Of a stretch of DNA of 64,000 nt, positions 13,259-25,220 are shown in pieces. Both the position numbers and the translations under genes were made by a program. This stretch comes from Vicugna vicugna (Eukaryota), in contig MU062958.1 of the NCBI GenBank assembly GCA_013265495.1, positions 1,860,402-1,924,401 on the forward strand, written 5' to 3'. How positions within the stretch are numbered: the first letter of the stretch is position 1; every line of letters begins with the position of its first letter. The notes beneath the pieces were generated by a model. It had not been told where the DNA came from, ran no database searches, and worked only from the letters and a program-made list of their open reading frames with translations.

Positions 13259-15975
13259 TAAGTTCTCATTAAATAAGTTTTGGGGATATTAGCAATTTCC
13301 CTTGAATTATTCAGTTTTAAATCCTCTGAGGGCAGCAACTGTATCCATTTTGCTCCCTGCTGTAAGACCTGGGAGAAAAGACAGTGCTGGAAGACAAGTG
13401 CCTGGTGACTATCTGTTTCCTGGCTGCCTATTAAATAAACAGACAAACCCATTCTTTGTATGACTGGGCGTACCTGTGTATTCAGTTAAATACTCCCAGG
13501 ATGCGGAAGACCATTGCCTTCACTTCTGTCCTTGTACCCAAGCTATTAAGTGCTTAATTAATTTTTTTTTAAACAAATGAGACAAAGCGCCATCTGAATT
13601 AAGTTTATGAGAAGGGAGAGATGGTTTCTTTGGGTCGATCAGCTATTTTGACTGAATATCCACTGAAGTCTGTAGAAAGCAGCGTGGTAGAACACAGGCT
13701 GAGAAATAGAATATGGGAGGTTTTAAGCAAGGAGTAGCAGGGAGATAAGATAAACCGGGTTCTTGGCGGGAGTCGGTAAGGCAGTTTGAGAGTTTTCAGC
13801 TTGAAGACTTTTAAGCACAACTCTTGGCTCAAGTGCTCTTGCCGAAATCTGTTGGTTGCACGTTAAATTTCGTTGCAGAACGTTTTTATCTTTGCATGTG
13901 GTAACAGCCAGGACATGGAAATTAAGCTTGTTTAGACAAATGTCCCATAAAGATCAGAACCCTCAAATGGTATCGATGGTATTTGTTTGCGTAATGTCTC
14001 TCTTACTTGCTCTCTGATATTTTCATCAGCAGATGGGACAAAGAAGGACTATTCAAGCATCTAAGCCTGTCAATCTTTCAATGTCACCCCCTCCTCAATA
14101 AAACACTATTAACCGCAATGGTCCCCTCTCCCATCTTTTAAAGAGCATTGATGCACCTGGAACTTCTCCATTGTTCATGGCCAAGCTAACTGGACCCCAG
14201 ACCGAGCAGGGCTCTCTTCCCTTACTGTTCCTTCTCCTAAGAAAATGATTTGAAACAGGTCTAGAGAGTCTTCAGGGTTTGCTTTCCCTAACAACGTTCA
14301 GGTTTGCAGCTCTACTTTTGGTTTACGGGGCACCGCAGCCCCTCCCCGCCAGGCCGGGGTCCTGCCGCAGCCCCTCCCTGCCAGGATGTGAAAAGTGGGG
14401 CAAGAGCAGCATGTCCTATCCATATCATCGGGTCTTCAGACAGTGCAGTTCCTTTTTAAAAAAACAAAACAAAACAAAACAAAACAGGAGAAAAAAGTGA
14501 AAGATTTGTGTAGGGAGTTACCAAAGAAAGAAAATCCCTATTTTCCTCTCAATCTATAGAAAGGAGAAATATTTAGTAATTGTGGTCTTGTTCACTTTTA
14601 ATTGCTGTTATTCCCCTTGCACTAATGGAGGAAATGTATCCTGTGGACTAAAGGCGATGGACCAGATGTGTTTTGAGACATAAATGTCCACAGTTCTTTG
14701 ACCATCTGTTCTGAGGGGCCCTCGTTATCCAGATGGAGATTGATGGGACGGGAAGCCTCTGAGGGCAGATAGAAATATTTTCCTAATGGATGAAAGGAGT
14801 TTTTAGCTCTAGAACCTAGAGAAGTAGATGAGAGCCAAGGTGGCAAGGAGTGAGCAGAGCCTAGGGTTCTGCTGAGACTGGAGACTGATGGCTTAAAGAA
14901 GCAGTGACCAGGGTCGCGCTCATCCCAGGAACAGGCTGTCGCGTGCAGTCAAGACGAAGTGCCTCCTCTTCCCCTCTCACTGTTTTCTGTCTGTTTCCCT
15001 CCATTTTCATTCTTTCTTGTCTGCAGCCAGCAGGGGGTTGACCCGAAATCAGGCCGAGTAGCCAAGAGCAGGTGGCGTGTTTTAGAGCTGGCGGGAGAAG
15101 ATGCAGACGGGGTCAGACCAGCTAGCTTGTGGAAGCTGTTCCCGCCCCAGACACATGCTGAAGACCCAATATGCTGGGGATCGCGTGTGCAGCTGGGCGT
15201 GGGGGTACGGGAGCGTACCAGAAACCTACAGACATCAGCAAGCACAGAACCCTCTAGTCCAAACCGTAACAAGTTCTGGCAAAAAGGCACAGTGACGGGG
15301 GTATACCAGGGCGTGTGTATTCCATGGAGAAACACTAACATACGCCATCAATTTGGAGACCCTGTTAGAATCATTTTCACCCCTCAGCACCCACAGCTTT
15401 GGCCCCAGAGCCTTAAGTCACATGGGAAAAGTTGTTTAAGTGTTGTTTTTTGGCGTGAAAGTGACAGTCTCCAGAAAAATCCTGAGAGTCTTCCTGGGGA
15501 GCCTTCAGAGCAGGCTTTTCCCAGGAAGAGAGAAAGTGCTTCCTGGTAGCCTTGTCCGGTCCCTCCTTTCCAAGAGGTGTCCCTCGGGATGAAAAAGTCT
15601 GGCCGGGGAACGGTGGTTCTCAGAGCTGGGGACTTGTGTAAACGCCTCTGAATCTGAGTCTCCAGGCAGAGCCCAGGCCTTGCCCCTGCGATACCAGGTG
15701 CTCATCAGCCCAGAGGAAGCCTGGTCTGCACAAGCAGGGGTTGGGGGGGGGCAGGCACTTGTTGGACCAAAACCCCCTTCCCAACAGCTCCTCCCCAGCC
15801 CCCAGCATCTGCCCTTGTTCTGAGCCCTGCACTGTTGTCTCTACACATCCGACACCTTAATTCTGAGGCCTGTTTCCACAGGGCCTGGGGAAAGAGGCTT
15901 TAAGTCTGGCAGGTTTCTTTTGAAGAGGAAGAGAAGGGTGACAGGGCCCTGGGGAGGGGGAGACCCCGGGAGAGG

Positions 15976-16034
15976 AGCCAATCAGAGCGGGCAGAGGGGG
16001 CTGGGGGGCGGGCACTGGGTCGGGTGTCACGTGA
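15976..16034 (+). promoter_or_regulatory. Promoter-like module in WIPI1 intron 3: NF-Y box, GC box, CLEAR/E-box
   Basis: AGCCAATCAG 15976-15985, GGGGCGGG 16005-16012, GTCACGTGA 16026-16034; the motifs are seen directly, function is inferred. Confidence 0.5.
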
Positions 16035-16486
16035 GGGTTCAAGGGTTTCTCCAATTCCCCTGAACCAGGGCTGGAGAAAGTGCACAAAAGTGGGTCTGGA
16101 TGAGTTTGAGTGGAGTCTAGTTAAAGCCAGCAGGGACTTGGAGAGGGCAAAATGGGACACTGTGATACAGATGGAACAAAGAAGCCCGCGTCTGTACAGG
16201 AGGGAGACTTTGCTGTGAACATGGGAGGGTGGGACATGTCTGGTGGGAACGGGAACTGAACAGTTTACCTGAAATCGTCTTAAATGGCAAAGGAATCTGA
16301 TCAGGAAGTGTCCAGAAACCCGTGTGCTAAGGGGAGGGGAAGGCACCCCCCCCAATTTCTAAATGAAATTTCCTGAGATCTTAAATTTTCTGTTTCTGTT
16401 CAAGTGGCTGATGTACACGTGTGTGTGTCCACTTATGCACACTTCACACGATCTTCAAATTGACCATCAGAATTCTTCCCCCTTTA

Positions 16487-16871
16487 TTGTAAGTGAAGTA
16501 AGCCAGAAAGAGAAAGAAAAATACCATATGAGATCGTTCATATGTGGAATCTAAAAAACAAAAACAAACAAACAAAAACAAAGCGTAAGTACAGGACAGA
16601 AATAGACTCATAGACAGAGAATACAGACTTGTGGTTGCCAGGGGGGTGGAGGGTGGAAGGGATAGACTGGGATTTCAAAACTGTAGAATAGATAAACAAG
16701 ATTACACTGTATAGCACAGGGAAATATACACAAAATGTTATACTCAGAGAAAAAAATGTGACAATGAGTGTGTATATGTCCATGAATGACTGAAAAATTG
16801 TGCTGAACACTGGAATTTGACACAACATTGTAAAATGATTATAAATCAATAAAAAAAAGTTAAAAAAAAAA
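16487..16871 (+). mobile_element. Young 5'-truncated camelid-type L1
   Basis: L1 3' UTR with poly(A); perfect 18-bp TSD agaattcttccccctttA at 16469-16486 and 16872-16889. Confidence 0.92.
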
Positions 16872-16927
16872 AGAATTCTTCCCCCTTTAGGCTTAGAATC
16901 AGGTTAGGATTCACATGAAAGGCAAGT

Positions 16928-16987
16928 GATTTTGGGATGGTGGGGCTCTTTTCGGGATGGTGGGGCTGATTTCGGGATGGTGGGAAT
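16928..16987 (+). repeat. Three tandem 20-bp G-rich units
   Basis: gattttgggatggtggggct / cttttcgggatggtggggct / gatttcgggatggtgggaat. Confidence 0.9.
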
Positions 16988-17022
16988 CAGTCCAGTAGAG
17001 TGATGGGTCTGTGTGATTTCAG

Positions 17023-17119
17023 AGGCTGCTCGTTTGCCTGGAGGAGTCCATTTACATTCACAACATTAAAGACATGAAGCTGTTGAAGACCATCCTGGAT
17101 ATCCCTGCAAACCCAACAG
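17023..17119 (+). CDS. WIPI1: WIPI1 exon 4 ([32 protein letters not shown])
   Basis: Acceptor gtgatttcag|, donor G|GTGAGC; 97 nt. Confidence 0.97.
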
Positions 17120-20100
17120 GTGAGCTCCAAGCACGGAAATGGGTGCCCCCAGATCTCGTGTCGGGGTGCTCCTTGCGCAAGCTGTGTTTGCACCTAAACT
17201 GAAAGCCTGAAGCAGCGTGTGTGCTTCATTGCTTTACACATCTTCGTGGCGTTTGCCTTGAAGCTTTGTCTTAATGGCGGCAGATTCAAATCCTATCAGG
17301 CTGCTCCTCCTGCAGGGGGAAGTTCCTTCCGCCTGGGACCCATGCTCAGGGAACGTGTCGAAGCATTTAGGCAGACACATAAGAGATTTCACGCATCTGA
17401 TACTGAAAGGTGTTTACCCTTCGTTACTTTCCTGGTTGTTCGGTACAGAGTAAGCATAATAATTAGAAGCAGGTTTTGACTTGATGTGTCTGCGAGGAGA
17501 CGGACAACCCAAACCGTGAGGAATGTTTTGTTACATTACAAGTGAATCTCTCTACTTGGGTGATATGCTAGGATGCTGGGCTTTAAGTCTCAGATGTAAC
17601 ACCGTTCAATAAAATTTCCCACTTCAAGAATGGGAATAGTTTGGACTGGTTTGATTGAAATAGCTGATGATGATGATGGCACTTTATGAATTCATGGAAG
17701 TAGAAGTAAACGAGAAGGAAGTCCTTCGTTGTGCGGTTGGGTGGGGAGTCACCAGACTGGAACAGCTGGCACATCCAACGATTCAGGGTAATATTTATAA
17801 ATTGCACTCCAACTTTGTGTCATTGAATGACTGCCTCCGTTTACTGTAGTTTCCTGATTCTTTGACTTCCACTGAATTTCAAGATCTTTGTGGCCCAACT
17901 TCAGGCACGTAGGTTCTTGGAGCCTCAGTCTCACTATCTGTGAAATGGAGTAATAATACCCATCTCCCAGGATCAGCTGGAGAATTAAGGTACTTATATA
18001 GACGGCCCTTTGCTGTTGACCTCAGTGCTTTAAAATCTCAGTCCTGCCAAAATGGTATTTTAAAAGATCAAAGCTATTGAGGCTGTTATAAAGTTGGGTG
18101 AGATAATGACTTTTAAGCCTATTTCGCAAAATGGAGGGTGGTAAGTGAATTTGCTTGGGGTGGGGGGCAGTTAGTTGTTTTTCGTTTTGGGGTTTTTTTT
18201 TAAGAAATGAGAGGTTGAACTAATCTGGAAAATATTTATTGCAGACGTGCTATGTGCCCAGGACCACAGTAGACACTGTCAGGCACAGATTGTGGCAGCC
18301 ACAGGAACCCAGGAACCCAAAATCTAGCCAGCACTGGCTCCCTGAGGCGGCTTGCCCCACGTGACGTAGTGCACGGCCAGGGCCCTGGCCTCTTTGGTAG
18401 GGCGGGGACCCAGGGTGTGACAGCTGAAGGAAGATGTGCTCTTCTGATCGGGCGCGAGAGGAGTCATGGAGCCTGAGCAGAGCCCATGGGATGGGTGGGC
18501 CTGACCTGGACCCTGGCGGCTCTGGGCAGAGGACATTTCAGGCGGACAGAAAGCTCAAAAGCTGCCGGTGACTCTGTTTCTTAGAAAAGAGGGGAGTTGG
18601 GCACAGTCCGTGGCCTCTCCAGTGGGGCGACCTGTGGGTTAATGCAGTGGTCAGCTGCCCTCCCTCCCATCGTCACACTCGGCCCATTCGGGCCCGAGGA
18701 CAGGACTGCCTGTGTCCGGGGCTGTCCCTTCTATGAAGAGCCCATCTGCTGTTAATTGTCTGCTGTTACAGCTGTTTGTCATAGCTCAGAAAACTCACTG
18801 ATTGCCTCAGACTCTGCAGTGAAACAGGGAGAAGATGAGGTTTGAAAGTGTGGGGCTATTTGTGCTTGATGTGAGAGAGAATGTGCACTATCTGCAAAGG
18901 GCATCCTTTTATCTCAAGAAAAAATTAGGAACAATGGGAGGTGTTTTCTCTGTCTCAGATAAACATTATGAATGGGTCCCGGTTTAGCACTTCCTCCTGA
19001 AAGGCCAGGGGCGGGTGAAAAGACCAAGATGTGTCTTATTACACCTGGGATGTTCTTTGGAGACACAGCCTGAGACCTTTTCAAATCCTGACATTTACAA
19101 CCATCCTCTCAACCCTCCCTGAGCTCTTTCTGCTTCAGTAAAGTGGAGCTGATCATTTTCACCACACAGGGCTATTCTGGGGAGGATGGACCAGGGCCGC
19201 GGAGTGCATGAGAGCAAAGGCAGGTCTGCTGAGCACAGGCAGGCAGGCAGTCAGCAAGGCTCCCTCAGAGCCGGCTCTGCTCATGTACTTCCGTCTCCAG
19301 CCAGGAGGGCGGCCTTGAAACAGGTCAAAGTTTCGCTGCACTGACCTGAGCCATCAGCAGACCCTGAGCAGCTGAAACCATGACTGTAAGATCCTCAGAA
19401 GCCAGGAGTCTCCTATATTTGTTCCCATTCTCTTGTTTGTTTTCTGAACAGCAACAACAAAATATAAGAGGGGAACTCTGTCCCTCAGTTTTTCTGAATC
19501 CTTAATGGGTCCACAAGGGAGACAGAATCACTTGTCTGTCTCCATCACACAAAGTCTGAATGTATCTTGACCTAGTGAACCACAGATACGCGATGAACAC
19601 GGACTTCTGCCACTGCTTCATGCTCAGCATCGAATGTGGCTGTAAATTTCCTTCCCTTTTGTCTGTTTGTGTCAGGCCCATTCCTGTTGTGTCAAAGATT
19701 GCAGGCTGTTTCCTTTCAAGAGTTTGGCCAGACGGGGCCCGAAGTTAATTTCCTGCCAGCACAGCAGTCTGTGCCCTGAGCAGCTGGGGGTGGAAATCTC
19801 TACAAAAAACCTGCCAACTGCAGAACTCAAGGATGCCATAGATCAGAGAGCCTTTTACGGAGTGTTGAGGGAGCAGTCTATTCCACGGGGCACCGTGTGT
19901 AACAGAGAGGAGTCGCTATGTATTCCCCAGCTAGTGCTTTTATCAAAATGTAACCCAGGTGGGGTAAACAGTGCTCGTTTGCGGTAGCACGGAGCGTTTG
20001 CAAGCACAGAAATGACTTCTTTCCTTTCTATTTTTAACGATGGCAAAGCATATTCTGAGACATTAATCAACCCAGAGAGAACTGCGTTTTGTAAATCACT

Positions 20101-21004
20101 GTTAACTTGCTTTATGTTTGACATGTAATACTATAAATACTGAGGTAAGAATGATTTAGAATCACAGGACTTCCTTCTGATTCCAGCAAATGATGCCACT
20201 GGTTCTTGAACGGAAAGCAGGCATTTCTTTCCCAGCTGTGGAGGAATTACAGCCAGACAATTTGTGTGAAATTATAGCTGACAGTGATTTATGAAAATGT
20301 GTGTCAAGTTTAAAGTCCAAAAGCCACATCAAAACCTAACTCCTGTAATTTAAAAAAAAAAAAAAGCCTGGAAGAAAATACTCAAATATTAAGAGCACTG
20401 AAAAGCCTCTGGGTTTTAGAATTATGGGTGATTTCTTTCTCTGTCTCTTTATATTTTCTGGGCTCTGCAAATTTTTTTGCACTATCACTTTTATATTACA
20501 AAACATTTTATATTATAAAATAATATCAAAGAAAAAGCTCATTTCCTGCCTAAAAAGGGGATTTGGGTGACATTTGCGATACAAACGGAAGACTTGGTAG
20601 GACAGTAATATCTAAGTCTGTAGCAGATTCTTCCTGCTGTCCTCAGAGCCTTCACAAGAAATAAAGATGCATTCTTAGGGCTGATTGGATTTGTCTGACA
20701 ACTGGACTACAGGAAACCAAAAAAGCTCACATTAGGCATTTCTGGGGACCTTCGTTAAGTTTACAAGGGTTGGTGTGCAGAGTCCCTTGGCTAAATTCAG
20801 ATGGGCTGGCAGAGGTGCCGGGCCCTAGGCAAAACTGTCAGGTAGGTGGTTACATGTCAGGGTCAACCTGCCCTGGTCCCTTCTCATCAGAATCCAGTGT
20901 CACCTCTTCCTCCATTAGGTATTACAGAAAGTTGCATGTTAGCTGAAGAAGTTTAAGCTTTCTTCTTTTCTGGGATATTTACGTTTGAATATAGAAGTCA
21001 GCAA

Positions 21005-21890
21005 GTCACCTCACACTCGGCAAGAATGGCCATTATCAAACAGACAAGCGGTAACAAGTGTTGGCAAGCGCGTGGAGAAAAGGGAACCCTCGTGCGCTGC
21101 CCGTGGGAATGTAAACTGGGGCCGCCGCTATGGAAACGCTCCAGAGGGTCCTCAAAAAACTAAAACTAGAACCACCTTATGATTAAGCAATTCCACTTCT
21201 GGGTATTTATCCAAAGAAAATGAAAACACTAACTCAGAAAGATAACTGGGCTCCCGTGTTCATTGCGGCATTATTTACAATGGCCAAGACATGGAAACAA
21301 ACAAAGTGTTCACTGATGGATGAATAAAGAAGTAGTATATAGAAATAATGGAATACTACTTGCTCAGCCATAAAAAAAAAAGAAAGAAATCTTGCCATTG
21401 TAATAACAAGGATGGACCTTGAGGGCTTCGTGCTAAGTGAATTAAATCAGGCAGAGCAAGACAAATACCATCCGATCTCGCCTGTATGTGGAATCTTAAA
21501 AACAAACGAGCTCATAGATACAGAGAACAGATTGGTGGTTGCCGGAGGCTGGGAGTCAGGGGGAAGGGGAATGAGAAATGGTCAGATGGGGTCAAAAGGC
21601 ACACACTTCCCAGTTACAAAATAAATCATCCACGGGGGTATAACGTTCAGGACAGAAACTGTCATTAATAATACTGTAGTGCATATTTGAAAGGTGCTTA
21701 GAGAATAGGGCTTAAAAGTTCTCATCAAGAAAAAAAATATATATTTTTTTTTTGGTAACTATGTATGGTGAAAGATGTTAACTAGACTTACTGTGATCAT
21801 TTTGTAATATATACAAATACCAAATCGTTATGCTGTGTCCCTGAAACTGATACAGTTATTTGGCAGTTACACCTCAGTTAAAAAGAAAAA
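21005..21890 (+). mobile_element. Old L1 (L1MA/L1MB-like) ORF2 end and 3' UTR
   Basis: gaatggccattatcaaa..aacaagtgttggc..ggagaaaagggaaccctc; atggaccttgagggc..gctaagtgaa; A-rich end; boundaries approximate. Confidence 0.88.
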
Positions 21891-22219
21891 CATACTGAAG
21901 GGCAGCGGGAAGGATCTGTCCAAGCCTTCTGCTCAAAGACCCCTGTGGTTCCTTCTCCCTGCCACAGAGATATTTTCAGTTGAGGAAGTAAGTAAATGAA
22001 GACTTGGGATCTTGGAACGTTAAAGCTGGAAAGGACCCTAGATCACCATTGCCCCCTTGCCCCCTCATTCCCCAGGGAGGAAACAGGCCTAAAAGGACCA
22101 CGTGTAACTCAGCCTGTGTTACACCATCTACAGAGCCTATGTCGATGCCATCTTGAAGCCATGCCCTGGGCCTGTCTCTGTCAGACATTCTTCAAACACT
22201 AACTCCCCCGCTCCCAAAA

Positions 22220-22890
22220 TAGCTTTATTGAGATATAATTCACATGCCATACAATTTGTGCATTCAAAGTACACAATTCAGTAGCTTTTAGTATATTCAG
22301 TCAATTTTAGGATATTTTCATCAATCCCCGCAAAAAACCCATACCTCTTAGCCATCACCCCCTTGCTCCAAGTCCTGGGCTACTCTAATCTGCTTTCTAT
22401 CTCAGAGCTTTGTCTGTCCTGGATTCTCATATAAGGGACTCATACAATATATGGTCTTTTGTGAACACAGTATTTTCAGGGTTTATCCATGTAGTAGTAG
22501 GAATTAGTACTTCATTTCTTTNNNNNNNNNNNNNNNNNNNNNNNNNNNNNNNNNNNNNNNNNNNNNNNNNNNNNNNNNNNNNNNNNNNNNNNNNNNNNNN
22601 NNNNNNNNNNNNNNNNNNNNNNNNNNNNNNNNNNNNNNNNNNNNNNNNNNNNNNNNNNNNNNNNNNNNNNNNNNNNNNNNNNNNNNNNNNNNNNNNNNNN
22701 NNNNNNNNNNNNNNNNNNNNNNNNNNNNNNNNNNNNNNNNNNNNNNNNNNNNNNNNNNNNNNNNNNNNNNNNNNNNNNNNNNNNNNATTACATTCCCAGC
22801 AGCACTGTATGAGAGTTCCAATTATCTGTCTTTTTGATTATAGCCATCCTAGGGGGTGTGAAGTGGTATCTCATTGTGGTTTTGATTAAC
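22220..22890 (-). mobile_element. Old L1 3' fragment, antisense (N gap 22522-22786)
   Basis: gctttattgagatataattcaca... and gaagtggtatctcattgtggttttgatt are hallmark antisense L1 strings. Confidence 0.85.
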
Positions 22891-24379
22891 ACTGCTTTTT
22901 CTAAACCCATGTGCTCAGAACCCGTCAGCAGTTACCCACTGCATCTTAACTTTTTGATCTGGCTTGGTGCTCGAGTCCTTCTACAGATGCCACGTTCAAT
23001 CTTAATATCTTTGCCGCCCCTGTGGGAACCCCCCACGCCAGCCAGCCGACCTCCTGATTTTCTTCCCTCCCCAGTTCCACAAGATCAGAATGCCTTCTGT
23101 CTGGCTCTTCTTGAAATTGCATTTGTGTTGCAAAGAGCTCAGATGATGATGGGAAATTGGGGTTCCTAGAGCAAAACTGGGAAGGGCTGAGTGGCCTCTT
23201 CTAAAGCCTGGTGACCTTGCACAGGAAAGAGGGCTGCAGGGTGCCAGAGCCTGCAGGAAAGGGTGCTGGGCTCAGTCGCCCTCCCACAGCTGCATGGCCA
23301 GTGATAAGAGCATAGCCCTGGCTGTGTGCTCAGCAAACCCAGAGCAGGAGGTAGGACCTGGGTACCAATTCTCAATGTTTATTTTTTTTACGCCCACTCT
23401 CCCCACCCCACCCCAAAAGATTGGATCAGGTACATCTTAGCCTGATCTAAAGTTTTTCTTATACTTTTGAAAGAAACCCATGTAATGTACTAACTTGTAA
23501 CAAAGGTATCAGTCACCTTTTTCATTTAAAAAGACGTCTCTCTTGCACTATCTCAAAGTTTCTATTCTGGTGATGCTTTTGATCCTGATAATTCCTTGAA
23601 TTCACTTCTATCACGTACACCTCTATGAATCTAAACCATCCTTGTAAAAGTCCCTTACTTACATGCTAGTAGGATCCTCCCCAGCTTGAATCCCCTGGTA
23701 AATAATAATGGCTCAAGTTGGTTCAGTTGTTTGATTGGCTGTTTACTCTTCCAGAATATTGTGGAAGCGTCTTCAATCCAAAATGTCCTCTTTCTTTGGT
23801 TTGCTCCAGTGGCAGCCACGCTGTCTTCACTGCAGATGCAGCCCTCAAGTGCACCTTCACCTCTGCCTTTATCAAGGCAGGGTATTTGGCTCAGAAACGA
23901 GCACTTTCTAAATAGGTCCCCCCCAACCCCAACCCAGCCTCCCTATCCTCCAGCCTGAAATGACTGGCCTTTCTGCCACCTGTAGAAAGGCTAACACCCC
24001 CACCCTTTTACAGCTGGAACACTTGCAACAGGAGTAAATTCTCCTGCAGCCCTAGAGGGTAATGGAACTGGGGGAGAAGTAAATGTTATTTCAGGGCCCT
24101 GGGGTAAAATGTAAGGAAGAGCATTTAAAATGTTCTAAATTCTGATTTCTTCGCTGTGGAGTGGACGTGGTCGGTGTCAAACGGTGAGGTCTTCCCCTGT
24201 GAATTCTCTTTATTGGAGCCCTTTGATGAGAAGAATCAGTTCCAAGGAAACATCGGCAAGGCCGTTCCTCCCCTCACCAGCAGGTGGCACTGTAGTCGTA
24301 CCGTTTGCAGATGCCCTTTCCAGGCAAGGTCTCCCCTGGCCGGACCCTGGCTTTTCATGTGCGCTTTGCTCCCTGCCAG

Positions 24380-24477
24380 GTCTGTGTGCCCTCTCAATCA
24401 ACCATTCCAATTCTTACGTGGCCTATCCCGGAAGCCTGACGACAGGCGAGATCGTGCTTTACGACGGACACTCCCTG
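24380..24477 (+). CDS. WIPI1: WIPI1 exon 5 (GLCALSINHSNSYVAYPGSLTTGEIVLYDGHSL)
   Basis: Acceptor ctccctgccag|, donor CTG|GTAAGT; 98 nt. Confidence 0.97.
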
Positions 24478-25127
24478 GTAAGTGAACAGTGACCCTGACC
24501 GGCCCAGCCTGCCTGCCTGGCTGCGTGGTCAGTGGCAGGTGAGGGGCAGGTGAGGCGCAGTGCTGAGGCGGAAGCAGCCCTGGGCGGCTGCTGGGTGTGG
24601 AGGGGACGGTGATGCTGTCCGCCCTGGTTGCCCAGTCGCCGTAGCCACGAGGCAGCGTGCCAGGCCGAGTCAGACATCTGCCGGCGGATGGAAGACTCGC
24701 ACCAGCTGGTGGCCCATCGTCGGATCGAGTGTGTCATGCTGGGCCGTGTCGCGGCCCGCGACAGCGTGCAGCTGTTTCACATTTCCTGTCCTCTGCTCTC
24801 GGAGGCTTCACAGAGCGGGCCAGGCTGGCTGCAGGAAGTCAGGCCCCCAGAGATGCACGCAGGGCCACAGCACCCTGCCTCGGCCACACGGCAGGTCGTC
24901 CAGCTTCCCGAGGGCAGGAAAGGGGACAGAAACGGAGCAGCCCCTGAAGCAGAATCTAGATAGGCCAGGAAACGACGTACAGTTTATGTGTCAACAGTCT
25001 GGTGGAAAGAGAGACAGGGAACCTGGCAGATGAGTGGGAGTGTCTGGGAAGGAAAGAGGAAGGATGGAGATGAAATGCACCTTCCCTTTGCCCCGCCCGC
25101 AACATCCATTTTGCTTTTCACCAACAG

Positions 25128-25220
25128 AAAACAGTCTGCACGATTGCTGCCCATGAGGGGACACTGGCTGCCATCGCCTTTAACGCCTCAGGCTCCAAAC
25201 TGGCGAGCGCATCAGAGAAA
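25128..25220 (+). CDS. WIPI1: WIPI1 exon 6 (KTVCTIAAHEGTLAAIAFNASGSKLASASEK)
   Basis: Acceptor ttttcaccaacag|, donor AAA|GTGAGT; 93 nt; PROPPIN blade 5 residues. Confidence 0.97.
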
